Shown here piece by piece: positions 1 to 14,167 of a stretch of DNA of 64,000 nt. The position numbers were made by a program, and so were the translations under genes. Each line of letters opens with the position of its first letter. Position 1 is the stretch's first letter. The notes below the pieces were generated by a model. It had not been told where the DNA came from. It worked only from the letters and a program-made list of their open reading frames with translations, and made no database searches. This DNA comes from Prorocentrum cordatum (lineage: Eukaryota), in contig CAUYUJ010000083.1 of the NCBI GenBank assembly GCA_963575745.1, positions 1 through 64,000 of the forward strand, in the 5' to 3' direction.

Positions 1-199
1 GGAGGGGGAGGAGGAGGATGAGGAGGAGGAGGGGGAGTCAGGTTCCTCTCGCAGCCTGGAGACCGTCTCAGGGCCTCGGTCGCCGTCAATCCGTGCACTG
101 CTCCTGCGGAGGGAGTCGAGAGCGCTCCAGGGGCAGTCGACTCGAACAAATGGAGTCCTCGGACCGTCTGCGGAGGTCTGTGGACGGAGGAGGAGGTGT

Positions 200-811
200 G
201 ATGATTAAGATGATGCTGATGCTGATGGTGATGCTGATGATGCTGATGATGCTGATGATGATGCTGATGATGCTGATGATGATGCTGCTGATGATGATGA
301 TGATAATGCTGCTGATGATGCCATGGATGATGTCACTGATGATGATGATGCTGCTGCGGATGATGATTATGATCATGATGATGATGATGACGATGATGAT
401 GAAGATGATGCTGATGATGATGATGAACATGATGTTGCGGATGGTGATGATGAGGAGGATGAGGAGAAGACGGAGGAGGAGGAGAAAGAGGACGAGTTGG
501 AGGAGGAGAAGGATGAGGGAGGAGGAGGAGGAGATTCCCCTCGCAGCCTGGACGCCGTCTCAGGGCCTCGGTGGTCGTCAGAGAAGGAGTCGGGTCGAAG
601 CACGTCTCCTGCGGAGGAAGAGGAGGTGGGATGATGATGATGCTGATGATGGTAATGATGCTGATGATGAAGATGATGATGGTGATGATGATGATGATGA
701 TGATGATGATGCCGATGATGTCTATGCTGGTGGTGTGCCTGATTTTTTTTGTTTTTTGTTTTTGTTTTTTATTTATTTTTTTATGATATGATGTAGATGC
801 TCATGATGATG

Positions 812-843
<32 letters not shown>

Positions 844-1160
844 GATCATGATGATGCTGCTGATGATGATGATGACGATGATGATGCTGCTGATGATGCT
901 GATGATGATACTGATGCTGTTGTTGATGAGTATGCTGATTTTGATGACAATGATGCTGCTGATGATGCTGATATTGATGCTGATGCTGATGCTGATGATG
1001 ATGACAATGTTGATGATGATGATGATGATGCTGATGATGCTGATGATGATGATGATGATGATGATGCTGATGATTGTGATGCTGATGCTGATGCTGATGA
1101 TGCTAATGCTGATAATGCTGATTCTGATGCTGATGATGATGCTGATTGTGATGATGATTC

Positions 1161-1211
<51 letters not shown>

Positions 1212-1271
1212 CGCTGATGCTGATGTTGATTCAGGTGATACTGCTGCTGATGATGATGATGCTGATGCTGC

Positions 1272-1303
<32 letters not shown>

Positions 1304-1316
1304 CTGATGCTGATGC

Positions 1317-1360
<44 letters not shown>

Positions 1361-1712
1361 CTGATGATGGTGATTAGGAGGAGGGAGGTGGAGAAGGACG
1401 AGGAGGAGGGGAGGAGCAGGAGGAGGAAGAGGAGGCTGAGGAGAGCAAGGCTGGACTGGGAGGGGGGGGGGGGGGGGGGTCACCCAAAACGTCTGGTCTG
1501 CCAAACCATTTGCAACTTGTGGCGCTTGGATCATGGGAGCCAGACCGCCTTAGAAGAATAATGACCCGCGGGGAGGATGATGAGTGGAAAGCCGAGAAGG
1601 AGGCTGAGGAGTGAGACGATGCTGATGATGATGCTGATGCTGATGATGATGCTGATGAAGATGATGCTGATGACGGTGATGATGACGACGACGATGATGA
1701 GGATGCTGACAC

Positions 1713-1750
<38 letters not shown>

Positions 1751-2293
1751 GTCATGATGATGAGGAGGAACATGACGACGATCATCATCATGATGATGAG
1801 GAGGAACATGATGATGGTGATTGTGATTGTGATAGTGCTGTTGATGATGGTGATGCTGACGATGGTGGTGATGCTGATGATGGCCGATGGTGATGCTGAT
1901 GCTGATGCTGTTGCTGCTGATGATGCTGATGATGATGCGGGTGGTGGTGGTAGTGATGGTGATGATGTCGACGGCGACGGCATCGATGATGATGACGAGG
2001 AGGAGGAGGATGAGAAGGATGTTGCTGCTGATGATGCTGATGATGATGCAGATGCTGATGCTGATGATGATGCTGATGATGACGATGATGCTGCTGCTGA
2101 TGATGATGATGCTGCTGCTGGCTGCTGTTGATGATGACGATGATGAGGCTGAGGACGATGATGGTTTTAATGACAGCAGTGCTGATGATGATGATGAGGA
2201 TGATGACGATGATGATGATGATGCTGCTGATGATGATGATGATGAGGATGATGATGATGCTGATGATGCTGATGATAATGATGCTGACGATGC

Positions 2294-2324
<31 letters not shown>

Positions 2325-2370
2325 GATGGTGACATGGTGATGATGCTGATGACGGTGATGATGATGATGC

Positions 2371-2404
<34 letters not shown>

Positions 2405-2772
2405 AATGATGATGATAATGGTGGTGGTATTGGTGGTGATGATGCCGACGATGACGACAGCGATGCTGCTGCTGATGATGAAATGACCGAATGAATGACG
2501 GAATGAATAAACGAATGACTGAATGACGGAATGACGGAACGATTGAACGGATGAGCGAATGAATATAATGATGATGATGATGCTGATGCTGATGCTGATG
2601 CTGATCATGATGATGATGATGATGACGATGATGATGATGATGATGATGATGAGGATGATGAGGATGATGATGATGATGAGGTTGATGACGATGATGATGA
2701 TGAGATGAGATGATGCTGATGACGAGCATGAGCTGATGATGATAATGATGATGATGATGATGATAATGATGC

Positions 2773-2806
<34 letters not shown>

Positions 2807-2961
2807 ACATGATGGGGATAATGACGGTTGTGGTGGTGGTGACGGTGGTGGTGATGGCGATGATGATGAGGAGGAGGTGGAGGAGAAGGATATTGATGAT
2901 GACGATAGTGTTGAGAATGATGATGATGCCCAGTATGATGATGATGATGATGAGGATGATG

Positions 2962-3012
<51 letters not shown>

Positions 3013-3164
3013 CTCATGATGATGATGATGATGATGATCATGATGATGATGATAATGATGCTCAGGATGACGATCATGATGATGATGCCGATGATGCTCA
3101 TGATTATGCTGCTGTGGATGCTGAGCATGATGAGGATAATGAGGTGGATGAGGATGAGGATGAC

Positions 3165-3199
<35 letters not shown>

Positions 3200-3216
3200 C
3201 GCTTATGATGATGATC

Positions 3217-3250
<34 letters not shown>

Positions 3251-3370
3251 GGATGAGGATGAGGATGAGGATGAGGATGCTGTTCAATATTATGCTGACG
3301 GCGATTCTGATGCTGGGGCTGATGCTGATGCTGATGATGATTATGATGATGATGACGATGACGATGAGGA
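200..3370. repeat. Degenerate (GAT)n/(GCT-GAT)n microsatellite field with (GAG)n patches
   Basis: Directly visible. The poly-M/D/I/H ORFs here are translation artefacts. Confidence 0.97.
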
Positions 3371-3703
3371 GGAGGAGGGCCAGTGTAAATCCAAGAGTCA
3401 TCAACGATGTTGGAATAAACCCTCGCTCCAAGCTCCCTCTTCATAGGCCCATGTAACGGTTCATTTCCATTGAGGGAACTGCCTCGTTGGAAGACAACCT
3501 TTTGAAGATCCTGAAGCATACGTACACATTGTTCTCAGGATTTCGATTCCACAGATCAACCTGACTGTTGCTTCTTCACGATCCTAAATCATGCCAGAAC
3601 GCCATTCCTGGGACTCAACACCGCGAACTAACGTAACAGTTGCACCTGCACAGTCCTGAATCCTTCCAAGACACCATTTCTGGTAAGCTGATCATGGGAC
3701 TTT

Positions 3704-4195
3704 GTGAAACTCTTGCACGGTTTATAATCGAATGTGCGCGGAGCTAAGGCGAGAGCCACATTTTGAAAAGGAGCCGCCCTCAATCCGTGAAGTTTTTGCG
3801 CGTTTTCGGAACGAGTGTACGTGACGCTAAGGCGAGAGCCACATTTTGAAAAGGAACCGCCCTCAGTCCGTGAAGCTCTTGCAATTTTTCACCACGAATG
3901 TGCGCGGCGCCAGGGCGGGAGTCACATTTTGAAAACCACTCGCCCTCAATCCGTGAAGCTCTCGCAATTTTTCCAAACGAATGTGCGCGGCGCTAACGCG
4001 AGAGCCACATTTTGAAAATCACTCGCCCTCAATCCATGAAACTCTTGCACATATTCAAAACGAGTGTGCGCGGTGCTAAGGCGAGAGCCACATGTTGAAA
4101 ACAACTCGCTCCCTAACCCGTGAAACTCTTGCAATTTCTAAAACGAATGTGCGCGGCGCTGAGGCGAGAGCCACATTTTGAAAACGACCCGCTCC
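3704..4195. repeat. ~83-bp minisatellite, ~6 copies
   Basis: The core cgaatgtgcgcggcgctaaggcgagagccacattttgaaaa recurs at ~3730, 3812, 3895, 3978, 4061 and 4144. Confidence 0.9.
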
Positions 4196-6645
4196 GCATC
4201 TGTGGTACTGTTGCCACCAATTTCTAGACTTCAGAGTCATAAATGGTGAGGAGGTCTTCTGCGAAACGCCTGGCTCGCTCTAAAAACGGATCTCGGGATG
4301 TGACAGGGAGAAGTTATTTCTAAGACAAAGTCATGGAGGAGGAGGAGGAGCAGGAGGAGGAGGACGAGGTGCAGACAGAGGAGATGATTGCGTCAAGGAC
4401 GGCAAGAGTTCAAACGATAAGAGCAGCAACACCATGACTGGATACTTCCTCTCAGTTTTTGGGCAGAGATGTTGCGGCCCCCATTCTCCAGCGAGGTCAT
4501 GCACTTCCTCGGTGAGCAGTGCCTGCGACGGGGCAGAGAAGGCCACTCGGCGGCTTCAGGGTTGTCTCTCTGTGCTCAGGGCAGTGGCGGGAGGACACGG
4601 GGACGGCTTCACCCTCCCTTTCCACTCTCTCCTCTCTGCTCCTCTGCGCGTCCCAGCTCGCCTTTCAGGGTCCGCCCGCTCAGGCCAGCCTGCCAGGGAT
4701 CCGTTGGCTAGCTGGCGAGCGTCGGCTGGTCAGGGCTGGCCCGTCCCGACGGGCCCGTACTCGGCCAGCCTGTCCTCCCGCAAGGTCGCTTGCCTCCCCC
4801 CGCCGCCCCTCCTCCCCCTACGCTGTATGCGTGCCGTGCCCGTGGATGCGGCCAGCCGGCCCCCAGCCTCTCCTCCTCCCCCTTGCCCTGCCTTCCGCCC
4901 GCCCGGCGCAGTTCCAGGGGGAAGGGGCTCCCGGCAGAGCGGCCCTCAGCGAAGTGGCTCTTTGGCGAGGCGGTTCTCCAGCGAGGCGACTCTGCCTGCG
5001 GCGAAGCGACTCGGGCGGACCGCCTCGGGCGAAGCGGCTCGGGCAGCGAGGCTCCCAGCGAAGCGCCTCGACCGCGGGCGCCCCGTGACTCTGCGATGTC
5101 CGTCGGCGGCAGGAGGAGGTCCACAATACCAAGGGAAATCCTCGGCATGGTAGAGACTTCGGCGGATCTCTGAGCAAGGAGGCCTCGTTGTTCGTTTGGC
5201 GTCACCCCAACATACTTAGACTATGTGTGTGTCGCCCCCCCCTCCCCCACCCCCCATGGGCGACGCGCGCACCGAGAAATCTGATAGTATGTGCGTCGTG
5301 GCGGGCACTTTCTGGCCACACCGCTCGGGAAACGATGCACTACAAGATGGGTATACTGTATGTTCGGGTCAGACGCGCGCCTCTAAGGAGGACAGACAGT
5401 ACTGGTATGTCTCTGTGCGTCCCTTTCGTCTCTAGGACTGAAGACGCAGATGTGCAAAACAGCAGGAACGATATGCTGCTGGACCACCTTTGCCTACATG
5501 TAATCTGGAGCCGAAGGAATCACGGCTTCCAGCATTACCGCCCTCGCGCTTCCGACAACGGATGGCCCCCTGAGACCCCACATGAGGCTTCCAAGACAAC
5601 CCAGGAGGCCTGCAAGAGTCAAAGCTTGCGCCTCCAATATGGCCATGCTGGCTCAAGACGGCCTCCAGCATGGCTCTCCCCAAGCCCCCCGAAATTCCAA
5701 TATCGCTCTGAGGTAGAGGCGTCCAGAAGGGCTCCAAGAGGCCCCAAAGGCTTCAAGAATACCCCACAAAGGGGCCCAAGATGCCGGCCAAGCCCTCAGG
5801 TCCAACATGCATCTTCGCACATGGCACAACACGGCCCCTCAGGACGATCCCTGAGGCTTCAAAAGGCACCAAGAGGTCCCCAACATGGCCCCAGCGAGGC
5901 CCCACAGGCACCACTACCTAGTTTCGAAGGGGTCGTAGCCTGGTGAGGATCTTTCTATGTAGCCCGCTCTTCCGTTCGAGCTTGGCCGGGTGGCCGCCAC
6001 GCAGTACTGCCAGCCTCCTCCAGCCCACAGGCAGCTGTTATTCTAAGTACTTTTTCGCCGATCGGCGCGGGCCCCCGCCCCTTCCCCCTCCCAGGAGGAG
6101 GAGGAAGAGGAGGAGGAGGAGGAGGAGGAGGAGGAGGAGGAGGAAGATAGGGACGCGGAGGCGGAGGAGGAGGAGGAGCAGGAGGAAGAGGAGGATGAGG
6201 AGGAGGATGAGGAGGAGGATGAGGAGGAGCAGGAGGAGGAGGAGGAGGAGGAGGAGGAGAACAGAACATAACGGCTCTAGGGGGCCGAATCCCTGAATCA
6301 CCTCATAGCGCCAAAAAGTTGGCCCCTGAGTGGCCTTCGCAGGCAGCTTCACTCGGCTTTCAGCCTCTGCAGGCACGGCCGCGCGCTCGGGCCCAAACCC
6401 GCCCTGTGGCGCGGGCATACGCGCTCAAGGGGAGCGGTGGCACGGCTTAAACTCACAAATCAGACAGCCATCGAGGCTATACAAAACTAGCAAAACATTA
6501 CCTCCGAGACTTCGCCCGTGGTCTAGGCTTTGGTTTTGAAATTCTCCGCTCCTGAGCCGTGATCGGCGAGAGTCTCCTGAGACTCCTTCCACGACCTGAT
6601 TCTCGGCCAGTCGGAATGTCTGGGGGGGGGCCCGATGAGGAGGAG

Positions 6646-6682
<37 letters not shown>

Positions 6683-6959
6683 TCGAAGGAGGAGGAGGAG
6701 GAGGATGAGGAGGAGGAGGAGGAGGAGGAGGGGGAGGGGGAGGAGGAGGAGGTCAAGGAAAAAAGGCCCCCCCTGGCCGCCAATTCTCGAAGGCGTTCCG
6801 AATTCGCAGGCGTCGGCCTGCGCGAAACCTCGCGAGCGATCAGGGCGACCACACGGGCGCACGCAACCGCTGGGGCTCGCCGCTCGGCTGCGTCCCTTCC
6901 CTTCCCCCCCGACCGTCCCAGCCACGCCCCCCCCCGTCACACTGTTGCACGGCATGCGC

Positions 6960-7195
6960 TGCATGCTGCTCCTCACAGGGCGACGCTCTACCGCTGCTCG
7001 CGGCTCACACCACCGTGCGATCCCTCAGCGCTGCTCTCTGCGACGCTTTGCTGCTGCTCGCGGCTCAGCCCAGGATGCGGTCCAACAGCACTGCTCGCGA
7101 CACCACTGCTCATCTTATGATGCGATCCAGCAGCGCTGCTCACTTCGACACTCTGCTGCTGCTCTGGGCTCAGCGCGTGATGCGATCCGACAGTT
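6960..7195. repeat. Degenerate ~60-bp tandem repeat at the 3' end of the minus-strand LINE
   Basis: tgcgatcc..cagcgctgctc..cgac units at ~7016, 7076, 7121 and 7181. Confidence 0.7.
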
Positions 7196-7705
7196 TCGCA
7201 GCGTCCCGCTCGAGAGCCCCCCGTGGGGCTGCTCCCACCTTCCGCTCTCCTCCCGCCGCCTTCAGGTACTCTACGAGGCAACGCTCGAGCTCGGGAACCT
7301 TCGAATCGATGGCGAACGCCAGCCGATATTTCTCCAAGTCGTTCTCCTGCTTCCTCGTAGCACTGATCCTGCACGCGCGGACCTCGCCCGCCAACTCTAG
7401 AGACTCCTTCACCATCACCACCTCCTTCCAATAATTGACGCCTGGAGCCTTGGCAGCCTTGGCCGCGACTGACTCCAATGGCATCAGGAATGTGAGAAAA
7501 CGACGCCGCAGATGTCCCTCAACTCGGCGGCGTTGGTGAGAGAAAATGTGCGTATGATCACGAGCTGCTTCAGAACGTCCCCGCCGCCCTTGGCCTGCTG
7601 CTTGGCCGTCTCGACATGCCGGGCTGCCTTCTTCGCGAGAGGCTCTCAGACGTCGTCGCTCGACTGCGTCGGGGCCTCGAGCATCCAAGCGGGGCGCGTA
7701 TCCAT
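7170..7705 (-). pseudogene. LINE 3' accessory ORF ending GAAPRGALERDAAKL (internal stop and frameshift)
   Basis: ATG at 7705 just downstream of the zinc fingers. Protein-like helical sequence, positionally equivalent to 18022-18761. Confidence 0.55.
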
Positions 7706-10700
7706 GCTCGTGCGCGCCACGGTCTCTAAGCCAGGGCGGTCGGGGCTCAGGGCAAGGATCAAGATGTGTTCTCAAATGGCTCTGCAAAGCCTCAAAACTG
7801 CGGCCATAGAACACACATAGAGGGCACTGGTACGATGAGGGTACATTCAGAGGCAAGAGATGGCGAACCTTTACATCGCTGCAACAACCTCGCCCTAGTG
7901 AATCACGAAGATGTCGTCGACATATGGACACGAGAGGCGAACGTGGTAAGGCACACACAGCATTGGTTAGAGACACTCAGCACACTCGATAAGGGTTGAT
8001 ACCCATGTCTAGCTATAATATGTGTATGCGCAGCACGTCCATCAGGTAAGACAGCTCCACAGACATGTCCAGCACTATCACACATCATGCACCTATACTG
8101 TTTCTCGATATCGACCGCACTAGCAACTAGCTCAGTTTCGGGGTCAGGTCCAGGAATATGTCCAGGACGGGGTTTAGCGACAGCTAGAGATTCATTCCGA
8201 AGCTCGCGTGCATCCACACGCAAGAACATTTCCCCCCCTCCTCCGAGCGAAACAGCTCCATCTATTCGGGAGAGCCAGCAGGTCGGGCCCCTCTCCAAGA
8301 TCCCCTGGAGCCTCCATGTCCTCCCGCTGCATCTTGACCCAGGGGTGAGCACCAGGGCGGAGATCACCAGAGGCCCGCAGCGAGTGACGCCTTCCAGCAG
8401 CAGCGAACGGTGCCGCGACGGCCTGTCCTGTGCAACCCGCGGGCGATGCTCCGGCTCCCGCAAGAACCGTGGCCGCCTCATCAGAGCCTCAAGCTCGGGA
8501 GGCTCGGGAGGGGGACAAAAGCACGCAGACACAACGAATCGTCGATTCCCCAGGAAATGTGGGAAGATCTGGGAAGTGGGGGGAAGACAAAAGCCCAGAA
8601 CATGTGGGAGAATGTGGAGAATCCTGTCATGTGTGTCTGTTTGTTTGTGCGTCCCTGGGCCCCCTTGAGTACTTCAGAATTCGAAAGAGAACGAGGATGG
8701 CGTGCAGCAGGCGGGTCAAATGCGCCTCCGCGCATCGCACGCCGAGCAAAGGATGCAGTCAGACCTGTCAGCCTCCGATACTCTGCCTTAGAAGGCACAT
8801 GCGCCTCGATACCAGAGAGCCCTGCATCGTAAGTCTTGCTCATGACAAGACAGCGTCGCAATCGATGCGGGATCCCAGGGAGGTGCCAGAAACGACCCAT
8901 GGAGTAAAAACCAGACTGCATTGCGGAACATCTTGCTTTTCATTAAGCGGCATATCGATGAGTCTGAGCACTCAATTGAAAGCCCAGGGATATGATCACC
9001 TGCGCAGCACGACCAGGAAACGACAGAGCACCTTCTCGCAACAGTCGAAGTGCTTCCGACGAGCCCCATCCCCACCAAGCATACCAACGTATCCTGTTTA
9101 CTAAGGTTCTGCTAATATCCATCCAGTGGAAGAGATTTATCTAGATCAGCTTCGCTACGACGACTTAGCTCAATAAGTTCTCGTAGAGTGGCAAGCCTCC
9201 CTCCCGCCAACTTTTTAGTAGTATCATCCGCATGCTTTGTCAGGGATAGGTTCTGCCGCGTGCCAGATAGGACAGGTGACGTGCAGGAAGCGAGCGTAGC
9301 GATCCCAGACGTGTTGGGCCCCCCGCCAGCGCTCCACGGCGGGCTTGAAAGTGTGCGCAAAAGAGCGAACGGCAAGTCCATCTTCCATGAACCCACCACT
9401 GCCAGGACGAAAGGGTAACCTTCTCATCCGACCCCCGAAGCTGAATGACAGCCCATCGGTAGCGCTGCTCCCGAAGCCCAAGGACTCTGGCCAGAACATA
9501 CAAGGACTTGCCGATCGCACGGGCTCCCAGCTGCTAGAACTCAGCGCATTCGCTCAGTGGTGGGCATTGGTCACGTGCGACAGCCCCGACCGCCACAGTT
9601 GTTATCCACTGATATTATGTACAAGCTGGGCCTCCTCTCGACGACGATACGGTGCGAACCATGATCACAGTCACCGAAGATCCCTGGCCCCCGTTGATGC
9701 ATCAAGTTGGTCATGAAACGCTTCCCCATCGGGTCCAGGAGGTGGACCCACCGCGTTTTTCCACCAGGGCGAGGAAGAAGGGGGCCCCTTGCTACAGTGC
9801 CAACGGACTGGGGACCATCCCGGGCTTCGGATTCGAGACAGGCTCCCAAAGACGAACTTCTGACATTCAGGAAGACGCAGTCCCTCCCGAGAAGCACCTA
9901 GCATGGCCATCTTCACCTTACACATTCTTCTCGAGCGGGTGCAAAACCACCCACCACAATTCCAGAGGCGGAGCCCACGAAGGCCCAGCTCGTCGTAGGC
10001 TCGACGGATACTGTTAAAATCAAGACTAGCAGCTTTGCGATCAGCATAGGTGGGCTCGCCGTGCGGCGACGCCCTAGACAGAAGACAAGCCCGCCACTCC
10101 TCCCAGTTAGTGATCTGCGTGGCCCCCATTCCTCCCTCAGCTCCAGGACGAGAAACATCAGCAACAGGTCGGGTCAACTCAACTAGCTGCTGCGCAATCT
10201 GAGCCTCCTCCTCATCGTTCGCATGTGCAAGGCCCGTTCGAAGTGCGCGCCGCCGATCGAGAATAGCACGTCTTTCAGATGCCATCGGATGCCGTTGGCA
10301 ATCCTCAGTGACAAAGAAACGCTGCCCCGCTTGGATCGACCGGGTATTGAGATAATCAAACGGCTGATCGGCCTTGCGCATAGCTCTGAGCCTCCCAGAA
10401 TGCGAGACTCCACTGCTTCCAAGAAATCCCTGCGCCCAACATCTTTGCGAAGTGCCAGCATGAGCTTTTCGAGATTCCAGCGAGGCCGCTCAGGAGATAC
10501 ACTCACCGATTGAGGATCCAAGACATAGTCGAAAGCCATGTGAATGAGCACATGATCATATGCGGCCTTCCGCCGAACATACTGCAGCTCACGACTGATG
10601 CGATGTAGAGGGCCAGCACCCCGACACTGCTGGACCAGCGCAGTAGGTGCCGCAACAACATCTATCCAGATGGACTCCCCATGAGGCCCATAATAGATAG

Positions 10701-11463
10701 GATTGAAACCCTTGGAGCTGTTCGCCACCTGTAACCCATGGAGAGCCAGACGTCGAGACAATGCATCACCTGCGTACACCCCGCGCGTCGCCACCTGTGG
10801 GCCCACGACCATAAGATCATCAGAAATCCAGGAACCATTCATCTGAACCAGCCCCATGCCATCATTTACGTCTGCACACACCAGCGGCGTAGTACGCTGA
10901 GGTAAGGATGCCAAACGAGGGGCACGTCACGCAATACTTTCATCAGCGGTGCGCCGATATCGAGTCCACTCTTGAGAGTACTTCGATTTCGGCGGGAGAT
11001 AGCGAGGCAGGATCGTACCGTCAAATCTGCCAGAGCGTGCACGACACAGTAGACCACGACCCCCAATGATACCAGGCGTGCACTCCGTACGAACGAGATG
11101 CTCAGCTTTCACTCGAGGTCCCCACATAATTGACACCCCACAATGCATATTCGTAAGTTCACCAGCTGTCCACCCTGCCTCGATAACCATTCGATTCCCC
11201 ACCTGCCTCTTCCGAAGAGCTGTGCCTCGGGCAGCTTTGGCACGGGTGCCGATCAGCGCGATGCCGTCAAAGTTGTTCGTGCCGTCCGAAATGTCAGTCA
11301 GCCTGTCTAGAGAGGCAGACTGCACATGATTGTATGAACCAATCGTGAATGGAAATGTAGACATGACTGCGCAAGCGAGCCGCCAGAGACTGAAGAACCT
11401 CAGCGGCATGTGTGTGACATAGCATAGGGGTAAAGTGTGAGTGGAAGGGGTCGGCCAGGCCAC
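7170..11463 (-). mobile_element. Decayed non-LTR retrotransposon (APE endonuclease - RT - zinc fingers - 3' accessory ORF)
   Basis: EN-like motifs IGSYN, VCADVND, WIDVV and YDH (10183-11370). RT-like GSGGFMEDG and KHADD (YADD equivalent) at ~9220-9400. C2H2/CCHC-like fingers CMMC..H..H, CCVC and CPLC..HLRTH at 7740-8100. Multiple frameshifts. Confidence 0.8.
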
Positions 11464-12995
11464 ATCTGCCCTGAGGAGGAGGAAGAGGAGGAGGAGAAGG
11501 AGGACGAGGAGGAGGAGGAGGAGGAGGGAGTGAGGGAGGAGGGAGGGAAGGGGAGGGGGGGAGGGAGGGGGAGGGAGGGGGGAGGGAGGGAGGAGGAGGG
11601 AGGGAGGAGGAGGAGGAGGAGGAGGAGGAGGAGGAGGGAGGAGGAGGAGGAGGAGGAGGAGGGATGGAGGGAGGAGGGAGGGAGGGATGGCGGGAGGGGG
11701 GGAGGGAGGGAGGGAGGGAGGAGGAGGAGGAGGAGGAGGAGGACATCCTATATACCAGATCTTGGTTGCTCTTGGCGGCTGCGTCTGGCGACTGTTCAGG
11801 ACCCCTCCTCGGCCAGTCTGCTTGCGCGACTTGTGAAAGCAGATCTAAGCACTGGCCCAGACCCATACCCCACACCCCTCCCCCACCCTTCGGCCAAATG
11901 TCGAAACCCAGAAAAAACAACCGCCTACCAGGCGAGAGGGGAAAGTGTCGTGACGTGGGACTTCCCTTAACATGCGGGCCAATCCCCTTGTCGGCGACGG
12001 AAATCGTCAGGCCACAGTGCGCACGGTTCCACCTGGACCGGGCAGGGTCATGCAAGGCTGGACAAGGCATGGCGGGCCTCCCAGGCGTCGCCCGCGAGGC
12101 TATGCTGGCCCGAGATGACCCCAGCATGGATCCTGGATGGCCCAAGAAGGCCCCAAGATGGCCCTGAGGTGACCCTGGAGCTTCCCTGTGAGGCTCAGAG
12201 ATGGCCCAAGAGGGCTCTGAGAGGCGCCCAGGAGGGCCCCAGGAGGCCCCAGAGGCTTCCGAGAACACCCCAAAGCGAGCCTCCGTAGCCATTTTGGCTC
12301 GAGCCACTCTGAGTCGAGCGCCCCAGAGACGGTCAGACCGGCGGGGGAGGCAAAGGGAGGACAGGCAAAGGGAGGACCTGCGCGGGGGAGTACGAGTCGG
12401 CCGACAAGGTCCCCTGCTGTCCGGGCCTTCGGATTGGGATCGGGAAGCCTGGAATGGAGGAGTACGGCTACTGGTGCCACAAGGTGGCGTAACAGGATCT
12501 TCACAAGGCTCTCCAGAGCAAGCAGTGCCGTACTGCCATTTTTATGCTTGGAGTCTGCTGCCGTTTTTGGTGAGAAGACCGGTTCGCTCCACAGCGGTGC
12601 GGGCTCAATGAGCCGACTGTCGCTGCTGCGGGATCAGAGGCGCCCAGATTCTTCACAGCGATGCTGGCTTCATGAGCCAGCAATCGTTGCTGCGAGCACG
12701 ACGGCACGGATGTTGCCATCGGTGACGACAGGAGCAGGATGCTCCGCAACAGTGTGGAATAACCCACACACACGTATGTTGTAGTGGCCTCCGGCCAGTA
12801 TCGCCGATCCAGGGTGCTACCGATTCTGCTTGCAACGGAGGACCTTTGATGTTTTAAAGAAGAGCACTCGCTCGAGACATCCTCATACGATAGTCATAAG
12901 ATAGAGATGTCGAACTCGCTTGGGCAACCGTCGGATATTCGAAAGTGACGATCTCGTGTGAACAGCCAAACTCATGGGATGTCCCCTCCCGCCTT

Positions 12996-13790
12996 CCGGG
13001 CCTGAATGGCGTCAGCCATGGCGTCAGCCCCCGCTCTCCCCCGACTTTCCCTCCCAGGCCTGAATGGCGTCAGGGCTCCTTCCATCCCCCCCTCCAGATC
13101 CCCTTCCCTTTCCTGAATGGCGTCAGCCATGACGTCAGCTCCCCCCCCTCCCCCCGACTTCCTCCTCCCGGGCCTGAATGGCGTCAGCATGGCGTTCCCC
13201 CCCCCCCCCCCCCCCTTCCCCTCACCTGCCCATGGCGTTCCCCCTTCCCCCGCCCCTCCTCCCTGCCGGGCCTGAATGGCGTCAGCCCCCCCCCCCCCTC
13301 CTTCCTTCCGGGCGTGAACGGCGTCAGCCCGAGCGAAGCCCCCCCCCGCTCCTCCCGCCCCCCTCACTCCTCCCTCCCGGGCCTGAATGGCGTCAGCCCT
13401 CCCGGGCCTGAATGGCGTCAGCCCCCCCTCCCCTCCTCCCTCACCGTGGCGTTCCCCGCCGCGCCCCCCCCCCTCCTCCCTCCCGGGCTTGAACGGCGTC
13501 AGCACCTCCCCCCTCCCTCCCGGTGAATGCCCCCCCTCCCCTTTCCTCCCTCCTCCTCCCGGGCCTGAATGCGGCGTCAGCCCCCCCCCCCACCCCCCTT
13601 TCCCTCCTCTCGCCTGGGCCTGAATTGCGTCAGCCCCCCCCCCACCCCGACAAACAGAGCGAAGCCTCCCCTCCCCTCCTCCCTCCGGGCCTGAATGGCG
13701 TCACCCCCCCGCCCCCCCTCCTCCTTCCCGGGCCTGAATGGCGTCAGCCCCCCTCCCCCCCTCCCCCCTCCTGGGCCTGAATGGCGACAA
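12996..13790. repeat. Array of ~14 CCGGGCCTGAATGGCGTCAGCC motifs separated by C/T-rich spacers
   Basis: Copies at ~12996, 13054, 13112, 13168, 13266, 13308, 13377, 13402, 13483, 13559, 13613, 13685, 13728 and 13770. Confidence 0.9.
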
Positions 13791-14096
13791 GAAAGACTCT
13801 GTCGGAAAAAAAGGAGATTTCTCGGAGAGTTGAGGTTTGTCCTGGAGCGGGGGGGGTCTGTCGGAGTGGTGTGGGGGGGGGGGGCAGTGAGAGCGGTGTG
13901 GGGAGGGGGGTCTGCAGGAGAGAAAGCGGAAGAGCGGAAAAGGGTACGTCGGAAGAGGGGGGGGTCTGTCCTGGAGGGGGGGGGGGCTGTAGGAGAGAAA
14001 GCGGAAGAGCGTAGAGGGATTTGTCGGAAGGTTTTTTGTTCGGGGGGGGGTGCTGTCGGAGGGGGGGTAAGAGAAGGAGATTCCTCTCGGAGAGGG

Positions 14097-14098
<2 letters not shown>

Positions 14099-14165
<67 letters not shown>
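14099..14165. repeat. (GT)n microsatellite
   Basis: Directly visible. Confidence 0.98.

Positions 14166-14167
<2 letters not shown>

Noticed and set aside
42..580. ~45-bp direct repeat (42-88 and 534-580) as element termini
   Set aside because: It encloses only microsatellite, and there is no TSD or other support.
18..3519. Long poly-Met/Asp/His/Ile ORFs
   Set aside because: Translations of a GAT microsatellite. The same applies to 62829-63705.
3380..3700. Retroelement fragment
   Set aside because: Complex sequence, but no motif could be identified with confidence.
12996..13790. CRISPR array
   Set aside because: Spacers are low-complexity and of irregular length, there are no cas genes, and the context is eukaryotic.
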